A DNA stretch of 63,947 nt, counting the filler, from Vicugna vicugna (lineage: Eukaryota): the NCBI GenBank assembly GCA_013265495.1. It is 77 parts of 75 records of this genome, joined end to end, with 100 filler letters (N's around TTAATTAATTAA, not from the genome) between each part and the next. Parts side by side here need not be neighbours in the genome. Positions count along the whole stretch, not along the records: positions 63,879 to 63,947 come from MU061561.1; 76 more parts are not named here. The stretch is one strand, 5' to 3'. Below, in pieces: positions 63,779-63,947 of the stretch. Numbering within the stretch: position 1 is the stretch's first letter; each line of letters starts with the position of its first letter. The translations under genes were made by a program, and so were the position numbers. The notes under the pieces were generated by a model, which did no database searches, had not been told where the DNA came from, and worked only from the letters and a program-made list of their open reading frames with translations.

Positions 63779-63878
63779 NNNNNNNNNNNNNNNNNNNNNN
63801 NNNNNNNNNNNNNNNNNNNNNNTTAATTAATTAANNNNNNNNNNNNNNNNNNNNNNNNNNNNNNNNNNNNNNNNNNNN

Positions 63879-63947
63879 CGTCTTCACTGTAAAACCGATT
63901 TAGAGCTTGTACCTCCCCATATACATGAATGGAGTGGAATTTGCAAC
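63879..63947 (+). repeat. Satellite D (cut by window end)
   Basis: CACTGTAAAACCGA.TT.GAGCTTGTACCTCCCCATATA. Confidence 0.88.

Larger units (their letters stand above)
557..63878. other. Artificial scaffold-joining linkers N44-TTAATTAATTAA-N44 (~76 copies; first 557-656, last 63779-63878)
   Basis: Identical palindromic 12-mer with stops in all six frames, flanked by 44 N on each side where counted (N 557-600, motif 601-612, N 613-656). Flanking sequences are unrelated to each other. Confidence 0.98.

Noticed and set aside
557..63878. Regularly recurring TTAATTAATTAA between unique segments, resembling a CRISPR-like or cassette array
   Set aside because: Always embedded in N44 pads and stops all six frames, so it is an assembly concatenation linker.

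Overview
This window is not a contiguous locus. It is about 77 short (roughly 0.1-1.5 kb) unplaced mammalian scaffolds joined by an artificial 100-bp linker (N44-TTAATTAATTAA-N44, about 76 copies), so adjacency across linkers has no biological meaning. A Vic-1-type tRNA-derived SINE points to a camelid genome (inference). About 32 scaffolds are tandem satellite in five families: A (~245-bp monomers in a ~736-bp trimer), B (diverged ~265-bp monomers in a multimer), C (homogeneous CpG-rich 267 bp), D (248-249 bp) and E (a 7-bp AGAATAT-based repeat). Colinear blocks link A with D, B with C, and D with B, suggesting one satellite superfamily. The rest includes L1 fragments (one inverted L1 junction amplified in three scaffolds), a gamma-like ERV integrase, a class III ERV RT/RNase H fragment, LTRs, MIR and MER58A. 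Gene-derived pieces are two cTAGE5/MIA2-derived retrocopies (one intact 174-aa ORF, one disabled) and a duplicated TRAPPC9 pseudo-exon. I found no evidence of a new multi-gene system, and most listed ORFs are artefacts of N-runs or satellite. All periods and alignments were done by eye.
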